A stretch of DNA of 51,246 nucleotides from Planctomycetota bacterium (GTDB lineage: Bacteria > Planctomycetota > Phycisphaerae > UBA1845 > Fen-1342), in assembly GCA_016235145.1 (NCBI GenBank), contig JACRLV010000056.1:1-51246 (forward strand). Reading direction: 5' to 3'. The number at the start of each line of letters is the position of its first letter. The stretch's first letter is position 1. The notes under the pieces are model-generated. The model did not search any database. It worked only from the letters and a program-made list of their open reading frames with translations, and was not told the origin of the DNA. Positions 17,800 to 26,988 of this stretch are shown piece by piece. Made by a program: the position numbers and the translations under genes.

Positions 17800-18372
17800 T
17801 TACTGTTTTGACAGCGTTCCGGTGCAGATCGTCGTTTCGGTGGTGTCCAGCGAGATGCCCGACGCGACGAACTGGATCGCGTAGTTCACTTCGGCGTTGT
17901 ATTGAACCGCGCCGTTGACGAGGGTCGCGTCGATCGTCTGCGTGCCCGTCCCGGTTTGCGAGAGGTTCCCGCCGACGCCGCTGTATTCGATGCTGAGCAC
18001 GATCCGCGAGCGCGTATCGGTGTAGGAGACGCTCGTCACCGTCACCATCCGCGTGATCGCCAATCCGCTGGAACTCGACGTCAGCGTCGCGGTGTCGCCC
18101 ACCGCGTTGAGGGCCGCGGTCTGTTCCTCGTCGCCGGAGAAACCGAGGATTGTAACGCTGCCCGGCTTGCCGTTGGCGTCAAATTGAATCGTGAGATCCT
18201 GGGACGAGCTGACGGGCGTGCCGGCGCCGCCATTCAGAGTCTGCGTGCGCTCGCAAGCGAGCGATCCCTGCCAGGCGCCTTCGAGCTGACTGATGACGGG
18301 CTCGTTGCTGCCTCCGTCTGATGGACAACCGCCGATTCCACACGCCGCCAGCACGCTCGCGATGATCGCCAT
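17800..18372 (-). CDS. lipoprotein, hypothetical (Thr/Ser/Gly-rich beta protein)
   Basis: Internal start MAIIASVLAACGIGGC gives a signal peptide plus lipobox. The sequence upstream of it within the ORF looks non-coding. Confidence 0.6.
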   Translation of the reverse strand: MAIIASVLAACGIGGCPSDGGSNEPVISQLEGAWQGSLACERTQTLNGGAGTPVSSSQDLTIQFDANGKPGSVTILGFSGDEEQTAALNAVGDTATLTSSSSGLAITRMVTVTSVSYTDTRSRIVLSIEYSGVGGNLSQTGTGTQTIDATLVNGAVQYNAEVNYAIQFVASGISLDTTETTICTGTLSKQ

Positions 18373-18662
18373 TTTGCGCACGTCGAATCTCCATTCGTTG
18401 CGGACAGCCGGGCCGGAAAAAACCCGCTCAGGATCCACCCATATCAATCGATCCGCCGAAGGTGCGGCTTGACTATTTCGCCCGCCCCGCCGGCCCATCG
18501 ACGAGTTTCGAAACATCGAATTCGGGGCGTCGTCCATCTCTCGAACGAAACGCCCTGAGCGTCTGGACTCTCAATATCAGAGCTTCCGTCCATGCTGAAG
18601 TGACCCAAGTCGCCGGTCGATACGCCGCTTGGCCCGAATGAACTGCGCGCCATGCACCGTAC

Positions 18663-19805
18663 TTGGCTGAGGGCGAGATGAGCGATAACGCTTCGATTCC
18701 TTCGCCAGCAATTGGCAGCTCAAGTTGGCGGCTGACCGGCGCCGTTTTGCCGGAAGCGCTTACGGCTTTTCAGACTCTGATCCTGGCGATCGCGGTCATC
18801 GCGCTGTTTTGCGTACATTCGAGTGCGGTGCAGCGAGCGGCGACGAGTGCAACCTCGCAGCAAGCGCGCGGAATCGCCGAGCGAATCGCGGCCGAGCAGG
18901 AGCTCAATCCCGAGGAGCCGGAGGCTCTGCTGGCGCGCTACGAGCCCTTCTTCCGTCTGGCGGGCGTTACCAGCGTCCGACTTCTCACCGCAGATGGTCA
19001 ACAGGTTGCCGCTTGGCCCGAGAACGGCCCGCGCCCCGGCCACTACACCGGAGCGGGGGCGCGCGTGACGCGCGCGGATTCGCGCGTGCGGCGAATTGAA
19101 ATCGCACTGCCTGATCCGGATTTCACCGACTCCACGACAGAAGCGATCTACCGGGGCGCTCCGGTCGTCGTTCTGGCGCTGCTCGGTCAATGGTGGATTT
19201 ACCGCCGATTGCGGCGGCACGCGCAGCCGCTTTCTGCCATTCAGGACAATGTTGAGCGCTACGCCTCCGGCATGCAGCAGAGATTCGCGGCGTTGACGCT
19301 CAGCGACACGCTCGGCCACGTGGCGCAAGCGTGGAACAAGCTCGTGTCCGACGTCGCGGAATTGCAGGCCCAGTTGCCGCGCGAGGCGGAATCGCCGAGC
19401 GCGGCGTTGCGACGAATGGAATCGAAATACGTCGCCGAGGTGCTGGACCCGCTGCCGATCGGCGTCGTACGGATCGCGCCGGACGGCATGGTTCAACAGG
19501 CGAATGCGACGGCCGCGCGGCTGCTGCGGGCGGAAGGCCAGCCGTGCGGTCGGAAACTGTCCGACTGGTCGGGCGATCCGAACGCCGAAGAATGGATCGC
19601 TGCATGCCGCGTCGCCGGCGCGCGTGCGATCGTGCGCGAGGTCGGCGGTCCGGAGGATCGGCTGGCGCTGCGAATCCGGCTGGCGTCAATAGGCGGGAAC
19701 GGCGGCGACCGACTGTTGATCGTGGAAGAGGCCGGCCGTTCGTGTGCCGAAGAACCCGTCGAACAGCATCTCCGGCGACGGCCGCCGGATCGAGATGCTC
19801 CTTGA
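18663..19805 (+). CDS. membrane sensor protein with HAMP-like and PAS-like regions
   Basis: Two hydrophobic helices flank a periplasmic-type segment. After TM2 comes a HAMP-like segment (RRLRRHAQPLSAIQDNVERYASG...WNKLVSDV), then a PAS-like segment (LDPLPIGVVRIAPDGMVQQANATAARLL). The last 25 or so codons look out of frame. Confidence 0.7.
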   Translation: MAEGEMSDNASIPSPAIGSSSWRLTGAVLPEALTAFQTLILAIAVIALFCVHSSAVQRAATSATSQQARGIAERIAAEQELNPEEPEALLARYEPFFRLAGVTSVRLLTADGQQVAAWPENGPRPGHYTGAGARVTRADSRVRRIEIALPDPDFTDSTTEAIYRGAPVVVLALLGQWWIYRRLRRHAQPLSAIQDNVERYASGMQQRFAALTLSDTLGHVAQAWNKLVSDVAELQAQLPREAESPSAALRRMESKYVAEVLDPLPIGVVRIAPDGMVQQANATAARLLRAEGQPCGRKLSDWSGDPNAEEWIAACRVAGARAIVREVGGPEDRLALRIRLASIGGNGGDRLLIVEEAGRSCAEEPVEQHLRRRPPDRDAP

Positions 19806-20103
19806 CGGCATTGTCGAACACGCCGTCGAGCGGGCGCGGCCGGGCGGAGCGATCGCCATCACGGCGCGGATGGCCGGGCAGTTCGTGCGAATCGCCATCA
19901 CCGACCCAAGCGACGAGGGCGCGCCGCAGGATGCGGCCCCGGACCCGCCCGTGCAGAGCGCAGCCGCGATGGCGCTGCCGCTGGTCATCGCGCGCGAACT
20001 GGCCCGCCGGCATGGCGGGGAGTTTTACATCAAGAATGGACTGCAACCGGGGACTCAGTTCGTCGTTGATTTGCCGCTCCCTGTTCAATCGGCCAGACGG
20101 TGA
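19744..20103 (+). CDS. degenerate HATPase_c-like domain (probably the frame-shifted C-terminus of the preceding sensor)
   Basis: LLDGIVEHAVERARPGGAIAI...VRIAITD...ALPLVIARELARRHGGEFYIKNG..GTQFVVDLPL resembles the N/G1/G2 boxes of histidine-kinase ATPase domains, but with His in place of the N-box Asn. This frame is open from 19720 and overlaps the preceding ORF by about 85 nt. Confidence 0.55.
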   Translation: MPKNPSNSISGDGRRIEMLLDGIVEHAVERARPGGAIAITARMAGQFVRIAITDPSDEGAPQDAAPDPPVQSAAAMALPLVIARELARRHGGEFYIKNGLQPGTQFVVDLPLPVQSARR

Positions 20104-20240
20104 CGGATGCCACGGATAGACACAGCACCCCAGCCGTCTGACCCGGCGCGCAGCGCGGCGGGGATTCAGGGAACCATCCGATGGTCCCCGATTCAGCGCG
20201 CCCCCGACGCTGAAATGAACCACTCAAACAAAGGCAGCCC

Positions 20241-21500
20241 ATGATTTCGCGAGATTTCCAGACTGCCGCGAATTTCAACGTCGGGTCCGCCGGCGGATCG
20301 GCGACGGATCCGACGGCGGTTTCCGCCGAGTATGTGCAGAAACTCGTCGGAGCGAATGAAGAGCTCATCGGCGAAGTGCTGCGCGGTTACGAGCGATCCA
20401 ACTTGATGCTCGAACTCACGTCGCGAATCGCGGATGTCGCCAATGTGGATCAATTCATCGACGAACTTCTCCTGCGGGCCGCACAGGCGGTCAAAGTGCC
20501 GTTCGTCTGCCTCCATTGCGCCGACGGCAGCCGGCGATTCTTCGACGTCCGCAGCGGACGCTCGGACGAGCTGCCTGGCGTCACGGGGCTGGAAAACTCG
20601 CTCCAGGATTCCGTCGAGCTCGCCCGCCGCCAGCGGCGCGCTTTCATCCGAACTCTCGGAGAATTCCACGTCATCCTGGCCGCGCTGACCCGCCTGGGCG
20701 ACCGGGTCGACGTCGTGCTCGCCGTTCGCGCGGCGCCCTCGCCGCCATTTCAATCCGACGATCTGCTGACGATCGAGTCCCTGCTGACCTTCGGCGGACA
20801 GATCATCCGAAACTACGAGCTGAACGAGCAACTGCGGGCCATGTCGGTCGGCGTCATGCGGGCCCTGGTCGCGGCGATTGACAAGAAAGACCACTACACT
20901 TGCGGCCATTCCGAGCGCGTCGGAATGCTCGCGCGAATGACCGGCGAGCGGCTCGGCGTGAAAGGCCGGTCGCTGCAACTGCTTGAGTGGAGCGGCCTTC
21001 TGCACGACGTCGGGAAGATCGGCGTTCCGGAGCAGATCCTGTGCAAACCGGGCAAGCTCTCCCCCGAGGAACTGGCCATCATCCGCAAGCACCCCGAGAT
21101 GGGCTACGACATTCTCAAGCCGATCGGGAGCTTGAGCGAGCTGCTCGACGGCGTGCGATACCACCATGAGAACGTCGATGGCAGCGGGTATCCCGACAGA
21201 CTGCGCGGAAACGACATCCCTAAGTCCGCGCAGATCATCCATGTCGTCGACGTCTTCGACGCGCTCTGCACGTCGCGCTCTTATCGCGCCGCATTCAGCA
21301 TCGAAAAGGCGGTCCGTATCATTCAGCAGGAGGCCGGAACGAGCTTCGAACCCGAGACGCTGGCTGCGTTTTTGACTGTTCTTCAGCAATTGAGAGCTGA
21401 GTCGCCGGGCACGCTGACCACGATGTACGCCCCCGCCGACGCGCCGCAGCGCGGGTTCATTCCCACGCTCGCTCAAGAACCTCGCGACTTCGCTCGATAA
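20241..21500 (+). CDS. GAF-like / HD-GYP domain protein (putative c-di-GMP phosphodiesterase)
   Basis: HD-GYP signature: HSERV...LLHDVGKIGVP...KPGKL...E...HPEMGY...HHENVDGSGYPDRL...IIHVVDVFDALCTSRSYR. Confidence 0.9.
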   Translation: MISRDFQTAANFNVGSAGGSATDPTAVSAEYVQKLVGANEELIGEVLRGYERSNLMLELTSRIADVANVDQFIDELLLRAAQAVKVPFVCLHCADGSRRFFDVRSGRSDELPGVTGLENSLQDSVELARRQRRAFIRTLGEFHVILAALTRLGDRVDVVLAVRAAPSPPFQSDDLLTIESLLTFGGQIIRNYELNEQLRAMSVGVMRALVAAIDKKDHYTCGHSERVGMLARMTGERLGVKGRSLQLLEWSGLLHDVGKIGVPEQILCKPGKLSPEELAIIRKHPEMGYDILKPIGSLSELLDGVRYHHENVDGSGYPDRLRGNDIPKSAQIIHVVDVFDALCTSRSYRAAFSIEKAVRIIQQEAGTSFEPETLAAFLTVLQQLRAESPGTLTTMYAPADAPQRGFIPTLAQEPRDFAR

Positions 21501-21595
21501 GCCCAGCAGGCGCCCTCGTCGCGCGGGCCGGACGGCCCGAGTATGCCGTCCGCTGAGCTCGGCGACGCGGCGCACCCCGAATCAGGGCCTCTCGT

Positions 21596-22105
21596 ATGTC
21601 GCAAACCGGTCAACGGGCCGGCGCTTTCACGCTGGCGGATTTTGTTCTGGCGGCCACCCTGGTCGCGGCTGCCGCCGCGATGACGCTCCCGAGCCTGGGC
21701 CGCGTGAAGACTGGCGCGGGCAGCGAGCAGATGGAATTGGCGGGAAACCTGGCCCTGCTGCGGAACGCGATCGCCGCGTATCAGGTGGACCACGGCGGGC
21801 GCTACCCCGGCGCCAACGGCGGCCGACTGGTCGAGCAGCTCACCCTCTGCACCGACGAGGCGGGCAACCCCAGCGCGATCCGCACGGCGAAATCCGGCTA
21901 CGGTCCGTATCTCGTGGCGGTGCCGCGCTGCCCCGTTGTTGACGGCAACGGAGCCACTGCAATCCTCCTCGACGCGACGCCGGCGGATCCACCGTCTGTA
22001 ACTACTGGCACAAAAGAGGGTTGGGTCTACAACCCCGCGACAGGCCAGATCATCGCCAACACGCCCAAGAAGGACGCCGCCGGCCGGAGCTACAGCACGT
22101 ATTGA
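21596..22105 (+). CDS. GspG/pseudopilin-like protein with degenerate prepilin N-terminus
   Basis: N-terminal GAFTLADFVLAATLVAAAA hydrophobic helix. Then LRNAIAAYQVDHGGRYPG and GYGPYL, typical of type II secretion major pseudopilins. The Glu+5 position is not conserved. Confidence 0.55.
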   Translation: MSQTGQRAGAFTLADFVLAATLVAAAAAMTLPSLGRVKTGAGSEQMELAGNLALLRNAIAAYQVDHGGRYPGANGGRLVEQLTLCTDEAGNPSAIRTAKSGYGPYLVAVPRCPVVDGNGATAILLDATPADPPSVTTGTKEGWVYNPATGQIIANTPKKDAAGRSYSTY

Positions 22106-22126
22106 AGCGCGCGGCGGGGCCTCGAT

Positions 22127-22378
22127 CTACGGGCGGATTCTCGGTTGATCCACCGCCCGCCGGTCTCGCACAGGCGGCGGACGGCGCGCGGGAGCAGACG
22201 CCGGCCGGGCGGAAAAACGCTCCGCATCATCGACAGCCGTAGCGCTCGGATCGTTGGCGTTCATTGGGTCGGCGTGAGGTGTGCTTCCTTCCGAGTTGGA
22301 GGCTCGTGGCCGGTTCGTGTTCGCCGCGCAGCCGCTGAGAAGCAGCAGACAAGTGCTCACAATCGTGATCCGACGCAT
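22127..22378 (-). CDS. small lipoprotein, hypothetical
   Basis: MRRITIVSTCLLLLSGC signal plus lipobox, with GAGGA 5 nt upstream of the ATG at 22378. Short, low-complexity C-terminus. Confidence 0.4.
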   Translation of the reverse strand: MRRITIVSTCLLLLSGCAANTNRPRASNSEGSTPHADPMNANDPSATAVDDAERFSARPASAPARRPPPVRDRRAVDQPRIRP

Positions 22379-22400
22379 CGGCATCCTCGGCATCGGAGGA

Positions 22401-22925
22401 TCATATTCCGATCAGCCGCACCGCCGCCAGGAACAGCGCCAGCGCGAGGACCAACGCCGCGGCAAGCCGCGCCGCGCCCGGTTTTGAATGGCCCCATTGT
22501 TCGGCGGTCTGGGGATCGTCGAACGGCAGCACGCGCTGCGGTCCGAACTGCGTCTGCGCGATCAGCAATTGGGTGTGAAACGGCGACAAGCCCAGACGGC
22601 GGCCTTCCGCCAGGATCTTCTCCCGCCGCGAGTGCCGCAGGAGCCCGTCTTCGAGCGAGCCCGCGATCAGGGTTCGCAGGAGTTCCACGCGATTCGGCCG
22701 GCTCGTTTCGTCGTGGCGGCGCAGATAGACGGTCTGGGTTTGAGGATCCCGAAGGACGGTATACGCGACGTGAAGCGCGTCGAGTTCGCCTTGCGTCTCC
22801 GGCGAGCGCGCCTGGCTCAGGCGGCGGCGCAATTCATCGCGTCGCCGAATGAACCGCTCGCGCACCGCGGGTTCTTCATGCGGGCGGTGCGGCAGCCCCA
22901 GAATGTCGAACAGGTCGCGTGACAT
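22401..22925 (-). CDS. membrane-anchored protein with degenerate J-domain-like N-terminus
   Basis: DLFDILGLP....R.F...R.ELRRRL...L..AY.VLRDP..Q..Y resembles a J domain but has no HPD tripeptide. C-terminal hydrophobic helix (AARLAAALVLALALFLAAV). Confidence 0.55.
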   Translation of the reverse strand: MSRDLFDILGLPHRPHEEPAVRERFIRRRDELRRRLSQARSPETQGELDALHVAYTVLRDPQTQTVYLRRHDETSRPNRVELLRTLIAGSLEDGLLRHSRREKILAEGRRLGLSPFHTQLLIAQTQFGPQRVLPFDDPQTAEQWGHSKPGAARLAAALVLALALFLAAVRLIGI

Positions 22926-23073
22926 CCTCGTGTCCTTCGTTATTCAACTCTAGCCACGAGAAAGCCGAATACAAGCGGTTTGCCGATTCCGCCCGGCGCA
23001 GAACCCGCGCCGTCCGAAAAAGACTGACGAACGCCGCGGCCGGCGCGAGGAACCTCTGCACATCGAATCGCGG

Positions 23074-23751
23074 ATGCGAATAAAATCCTCCGAGATGAAC
23101 CTGGCGGATCGGCAGGTCGAACGCGATCGCATGGCGAATGAGCAGCTCGTCGCCCGGGAAATCCGCGATGCGCAGGTACTCGATGTTCTCCGCCGTGTGC
23201 CGCGCCATTGCTTTGTTCCGCCCCAGATCAGCGGCCGTGCGTATGAAGACAACGCCCTTCCGGTCGAATGCGGACAGACGATCTCGCAGCCCTACATCGT
23301 CGCCCGCATGACCGAACTGCTGGCCATCCGCCCGACCCACCGCTTGCTCGAAATCGGTACGGGCACGGGCTACCAGACGGCGGTACTTGCCGAGTTGGCG
23401 CGCGAGGTGTGGTCGGTCGAATGGCACCTGTCTCTCCTGACCTCCGCGAGTGAGCGGCTGGCCCGTCTCGGGTATCGAAACGTGCGGATTCGGTGCGGCG
23501 ACGGCTCGCTCGGTTGGCCGGAGCATGCCCCGTTTGACGGGGTCATCGTCACCGCCGGGGCGCCGCAAGTGCCGCCGGCGCTGCTCGAGCAGCTCGCACC
23601 GGACGGGCGGCTGGTCATTCCCGTCGGTGGGGTCGATTCGCAGGAGTTGCTGGTGGTACACAATTCCCGGGAGGGGTTTCGGACCGTTCCATCCCTCGGA
23701 TGTCGCTTTGTGAAGCTCCGCGGAGCCGCCGGTTGGGCGGAATTTCGTTGA
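23074..23751 (+). CDS. pcm: protein-L-isoaspartate O-methyltransferase
   Basis: VPRHCFVP, GQTISQPYIVARMTELL, LEIGTGTGYQTAVLA and APFDGVIVTAGAPQVPPALLEQLAPDGRLVIPVG are classic PIMT motifs. The exact start is uncertain. Confidence 0.93.
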   Translation: MRIKSSEMNLADRQVERDRMANEQLVAREIRDAQVLDVLRRVPRHCFVPPQISGRAYEDNALPVECGQTISQPYIVARMTELLAIRPTHRLLEIGTGTGYQTAVLAELAREVWSVEWHLSLLTSASERLARLGYRNVRIRCGDGSLGWPEHAPFDGVIVTAGAPQVPPALLEQLAPDGRLVIPVGGVDSQELLVVHNSREGFRTVPSLGCRFVKLRGAAGWAEFR

Positions 23752-23763
23752 CTTTCTAAGGGA

Positions 23764-23791
23764 AAACCTGTAGGTATCAGGTTTGGTTTTT
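23764..23791 (+). terminator. Rho-independent terminator candidate after pcm
   Basis: AAACCTG-taggtat-CAGGTTT followed by GGTTTTT, 13 nt after the pcm stop. The stem is short and AT-rich. Confidence 0.5.
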
Positions 23792-23891
23792 GAAGAACCT
23801 GACTTTCGGAGCATGGCTTTCAATCGCAGGCGGGCGATTGGAAAGGCGCGCGGTTCTTTCTGTCCGCATTACGGCAGGGGAGAGGTGAGGA

Positions 23892-24950
23892 ATGGGCGCT
23901 CGGTTCTTGACCGCTGCGACGGTCGGGGCGCTCGGGTTTTCGCCTATTCCAGTCATTGGGCAGAACTGCCTGCTCATCCCCGATTCGGCGACTGACTCGA
24001 TCGGTCTCTATAGCCCTGTCAACGGCGACTATCTGGGTGATCTGATCGTGGATTCCGACCCCGGAAGCGCGGGCAACCTGGATGTGCCGATTAACGCGAT
24101 CGTCGGGCCGGACGGCCTAATCTACGTGTCGGATCAACTCAAGGACTCGGTGCTTCGGTACGAGCAGGCCGGGCAATTCGTCGACGTATTCTGCGGCCCT
24201 GATGACGGAATGGACAACCTCCGCGGGATCGCTTTTTACGGAAGCGATTTGCTCGTGTGCTATTCGTCCACGACCAATCCAAGCGATCGGGGAGTAGCGC
24301 GGTTCTCTGCGTCCGGTGTTCGCGGGCCTGACCTCATTCACAACGGAGCGGACCCCTTTGACCTGCTGATCTTCGGCAACAACCTTCTGCTGAGCGACAT
24401 TGCTGGGGCTCGTGTGAGCCTGTATACGACGGGCGGTTCGCTGGTCTCATCCGTATTCAGCATTGATTTTCCGGAACAGCTCCAATACGACGCACAGTCC
24501 GGGCATTTCTTCAACATCGCGTACAACGGCAACCGAATCACGGAATTCGATCTAAGCGGCAGGGTCTATTCTCAACTCACGATCACCTCGCTCGGCCGAG
24601 GCGTGGCCCGGCTGGCCAACGGCAATCTGCTGATCACGAACTCTACGTCCATCCGCGAAGTGCTTGCGAACACGGGCGCGACGGTTCGTGTTGTTCGCAG
24701 CGGCACCGGCTTTCGTTTTATCGAGCGCGTGCAGCTCGGTCCAACCGGTTGCCCCGTCCCCGGTTGCGAAGGAGGCGACCTGAACGGCGATTGCCTGGTC
24801 GATCTGGTTGATCTGACGAGTTTCCTGAGCCAATTCGGGCAGGTCGGCGTCCCCGGAACGATCATCGCCGACCGCAATAATGACGGAGTCGTCGATCTAG
24901 TCGACCTGACGACTTTGCTCAGCCAGTTCGGATTGAGTTGCCTGCCGTAA
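23892..24950 (+). CDS. secreted NHL-like beta-propeller protein with C-terminal dockerin-like module
   Basis: Signal peptide present. NHL-like blades (GPDGLIYVSDQLKDSVLRY...). C-terminus GDLNGDCLVDLVDLTSFLSQFG...DRNNDGVVDLVDLTTLLSQFG. GGAGAGGTGAGG lies upstream of the ATG. Confidence 0.8.
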   Translation: MGARFLTAATVGALGFSPIPVIGQNCLLIPDSATDSIGLYSPVNGDYLGDLIVDSDPGSAGNLDVPINAIVGPDGLIYVSDQLKDSVLRYEQAGQFVDVFCGPDDGMDNLRGIAFYGSDLLVCYSSTTNPSDRGVARFSASGVRGPDLIHNGADPFDLLIFGNNLLLSDIAGARVSLYTTGGSLVSSVFSIDFPEQLQYDAQSGHFFNIAYNGNRITEFDLSGRVYSQLTITSLGRGVARLANGNLLITNSTSIREVLANTGATVRVVRSGTGFRFIERVQLGPTGCPVPGCEGGDLNGDCLVDLVDLTSFLSQFGQVGVPGTIIADRNNDGVVDLVDLTTLLSQFGLSCLP

Positions 24951-24976
24951 ACCGCAAGGCCTGATGGACCATCCGC

Positions 24977-25369
24977 TCAATAAAACAAGTCGATCGCGTT
25001 CTTCTCGATTTCCCCGAGGCGGCCGTCGAGCAGGTCGATGATGGTCCGTCGATAGTCAGCCTGGCGCCGCTCAAGACGGCGGAATTCGTTCTGGAGGTTT
25101 CTATCCAGGCCGCGCAGGTCGCGGTCGAGTTTCGCGCTGTCCCGGGCGATGGAATCCGGCACGAATCGGCAGTCGCGTTCAAACCATGCGGGCCGTGACG
25201 CCTCACTTTTTGCATAGGCCTGCAACGTCCGATCGATTCCGCGGGTTCGCTCCGCCAATCTGCGCTGCGAATGGCTGCCGGGCTGGCAGCCCAGGAGGAG
25301 CGAGGACAGCATCGCGACGGCACACCACGCGCCGCACGTGCTTCGCGATTGGCATGGTCGCCTGGTCAT
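24977..25369 (-). CDS. lipoprotein, hypothetical (helical)
   Basis: An internal ATG at 25369 yields MTRRP...AMLSSLLLGC (lipobox) followed by charged helical sequence. The upstream part of the ORF lies in a low-GC non-coding-looking region. Confidence 0.55.
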   Translation of the reverse strand: MTRRPCQSRSTCGAWCAVAMLSSLLLGCQPGSHSQRRLAERTRGIDRTLQAYAKSEASRPAWFERDCRFVPDSIARDSAKLDRDLRGLDRNLQNEFRRLERRQADYRRTIIDLLDGRLGEIEKNAIDLFY

Positions 25370-25798
25370 CCGCTGCTCCGTGAAAAAACAGACCCATCCA
25401 CTCTTACCCGGAAAGCTCGAAAAGGTCACTTGAGCTTTCGGACGGATTTCCGCCAATTCTCTCTTGCTACGGGTATTTGCCCACGATAGCATTCCGGTTG
25501 AGCGAAGCCAATTTGTCAATTTGGATCTGATTCTGGATTCTCCGAGTTCATCGGGGGCGCATCGCGGCTAACGTGACTGAAGATCGTCCGACCGGGGATC
25601 TTGGCACGTCCTAGGCTGCCTCCGGAGGTTCGGCGACAGAGGGTTGAGCCGGGTGACCGAGCGGAGAGGCGGTCCCCATCACCTTTTGTCGCCGTTTTTT
25701 TTTTGCCCGATCGGTGATGGTTTTTCGCCAGAGAGTCAGCGCGCCCGGTAGCCGACGGCCTTCCGACTTGAGTTTCCTCACTGCGGCTGATGATCGAG

Positions 25799-26856
25799 CT
25801 ACGGCGTCTCCGGCGCCGGCTTTGTGGCGGGTTGCGACGCCGGCGCGACCGGCACCCCCATCGCCTCAAGCTCGGCTCTGGCCCGGGCATTTCCCGGATC
25901 GACCTCAAGCACTTTTCGGAATGTGCTCGCTGCTTCTTCGATCTGGTAGGTGTTTCGCTGCAACATGCCGACCAGCAAGATGGCTTCGAGGTCGGTCGGG
26001 TCGATGACCGCCGCTCGAGCCGCGAATTCCAACGTCGTGAAATACGTGAGCGTCCGGTTCAGATCAGCGATCAGGACGTAGGTCTCCGCCACCCGGCGTG
26101 TGATTTCGGCGGCGGTCTTCTCGCGTCCTGGCACCACTCGATCCGTCGGATTTCCGTCGGGACCGATCACGAACTGTATTTCGCCCAGCTTCTGAAGCAC
26201 GGTGAGCCGCGTCGCATATGCTCCGGAGAGGTTGGCGAGGGCGTCGCGCTTCCTCGTCGCCCCCGGGATCGCTTTCGTGCATAGATCAACCAGCGTGTCC
26301 GCTTCCGCGAGCGCGCGATCAAAATTCCGGACCGCAAGCTGCAAGCTGACATTGACTTGGCGCGGCTCGATCGCGCCGGGATCCGCGGCGAGGGCCTTTT
26401 CGATCGCGGCGAAGGCGTCCGGAAAGTCGCCGTTCTTGCGATAGCACTGGGCTATGTAGGCCTGAAGCTCCCCCATTTTGTCCGGCGGGGCGGTGCTCTC
26501 TGCCCGCTTGAGGTAGAGCAGGGCGGTGCGTACGGCGCCGGATCTGAACTAGATCTTGCCCGCGCCGCCCGGGCGTCGGCCGGCGTCAGCTCCAGGGCCA
26601 ATTCGCCATCCAGCACGCGTGCCTCGAAATTCCGCTCGTTTCGATCGAGCACGTATTTCAGGATGGCGCGGGCATCCACGATCTGCCCCGTGGTGCGCCT
26701 TCTCTGCGCCTCCTGAATCAGGTCGCTCTCAGACATCGTGCTTGGATCCAGCGCAGCGGGACGGGCTTCGCCGGCAGGTTGGCTGGTCGGCTGCTCCTGC
26801 GCCGTTGATACTGCTGCCCCAACCCCCAACGCGATCAGACAAGCCATGAAACGCAT
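25799..26856 (-). pseudogene. secreted TPR-repeat protein, reading frame disrupted near 26541-26556
   Basis: The N-terminal ORF (26452-26856) has a signal peptide and its TPR-like sequence stops making sense after ...ELTPADARAARA. The downstream ORF's frame reads TPR-like ...FRSGAVRTALLYLKRAESTAPPDKMGELQAYIAQCYRKNGDF upstream of its first Met, but is closed by a TAG. Confidence 0.6.
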
Positions 26857-26988
26857 GAATCACTCCAATCGAACATCCGCGTCAAGCACGCATGCTCCCG
26901 CCGGCACGGCGCGACACTACTCTACGACTTATCGGCCGGTTCGCGAAGCGACTGGCGTGGGAAAACGCGGACAGCGGGCCGCAGGCGC

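Noticed and set aside
25516-25908. 130-aa minus-strand ORF filling the non-coding gap.
   Set aside because: Its composition is Arg/Ser/Pro-rich with a poly-Lys derived from the T10 tract. It overlaps the 3' end of the TPR gene in another frame and has no start context, so it is unlikely to be coding.
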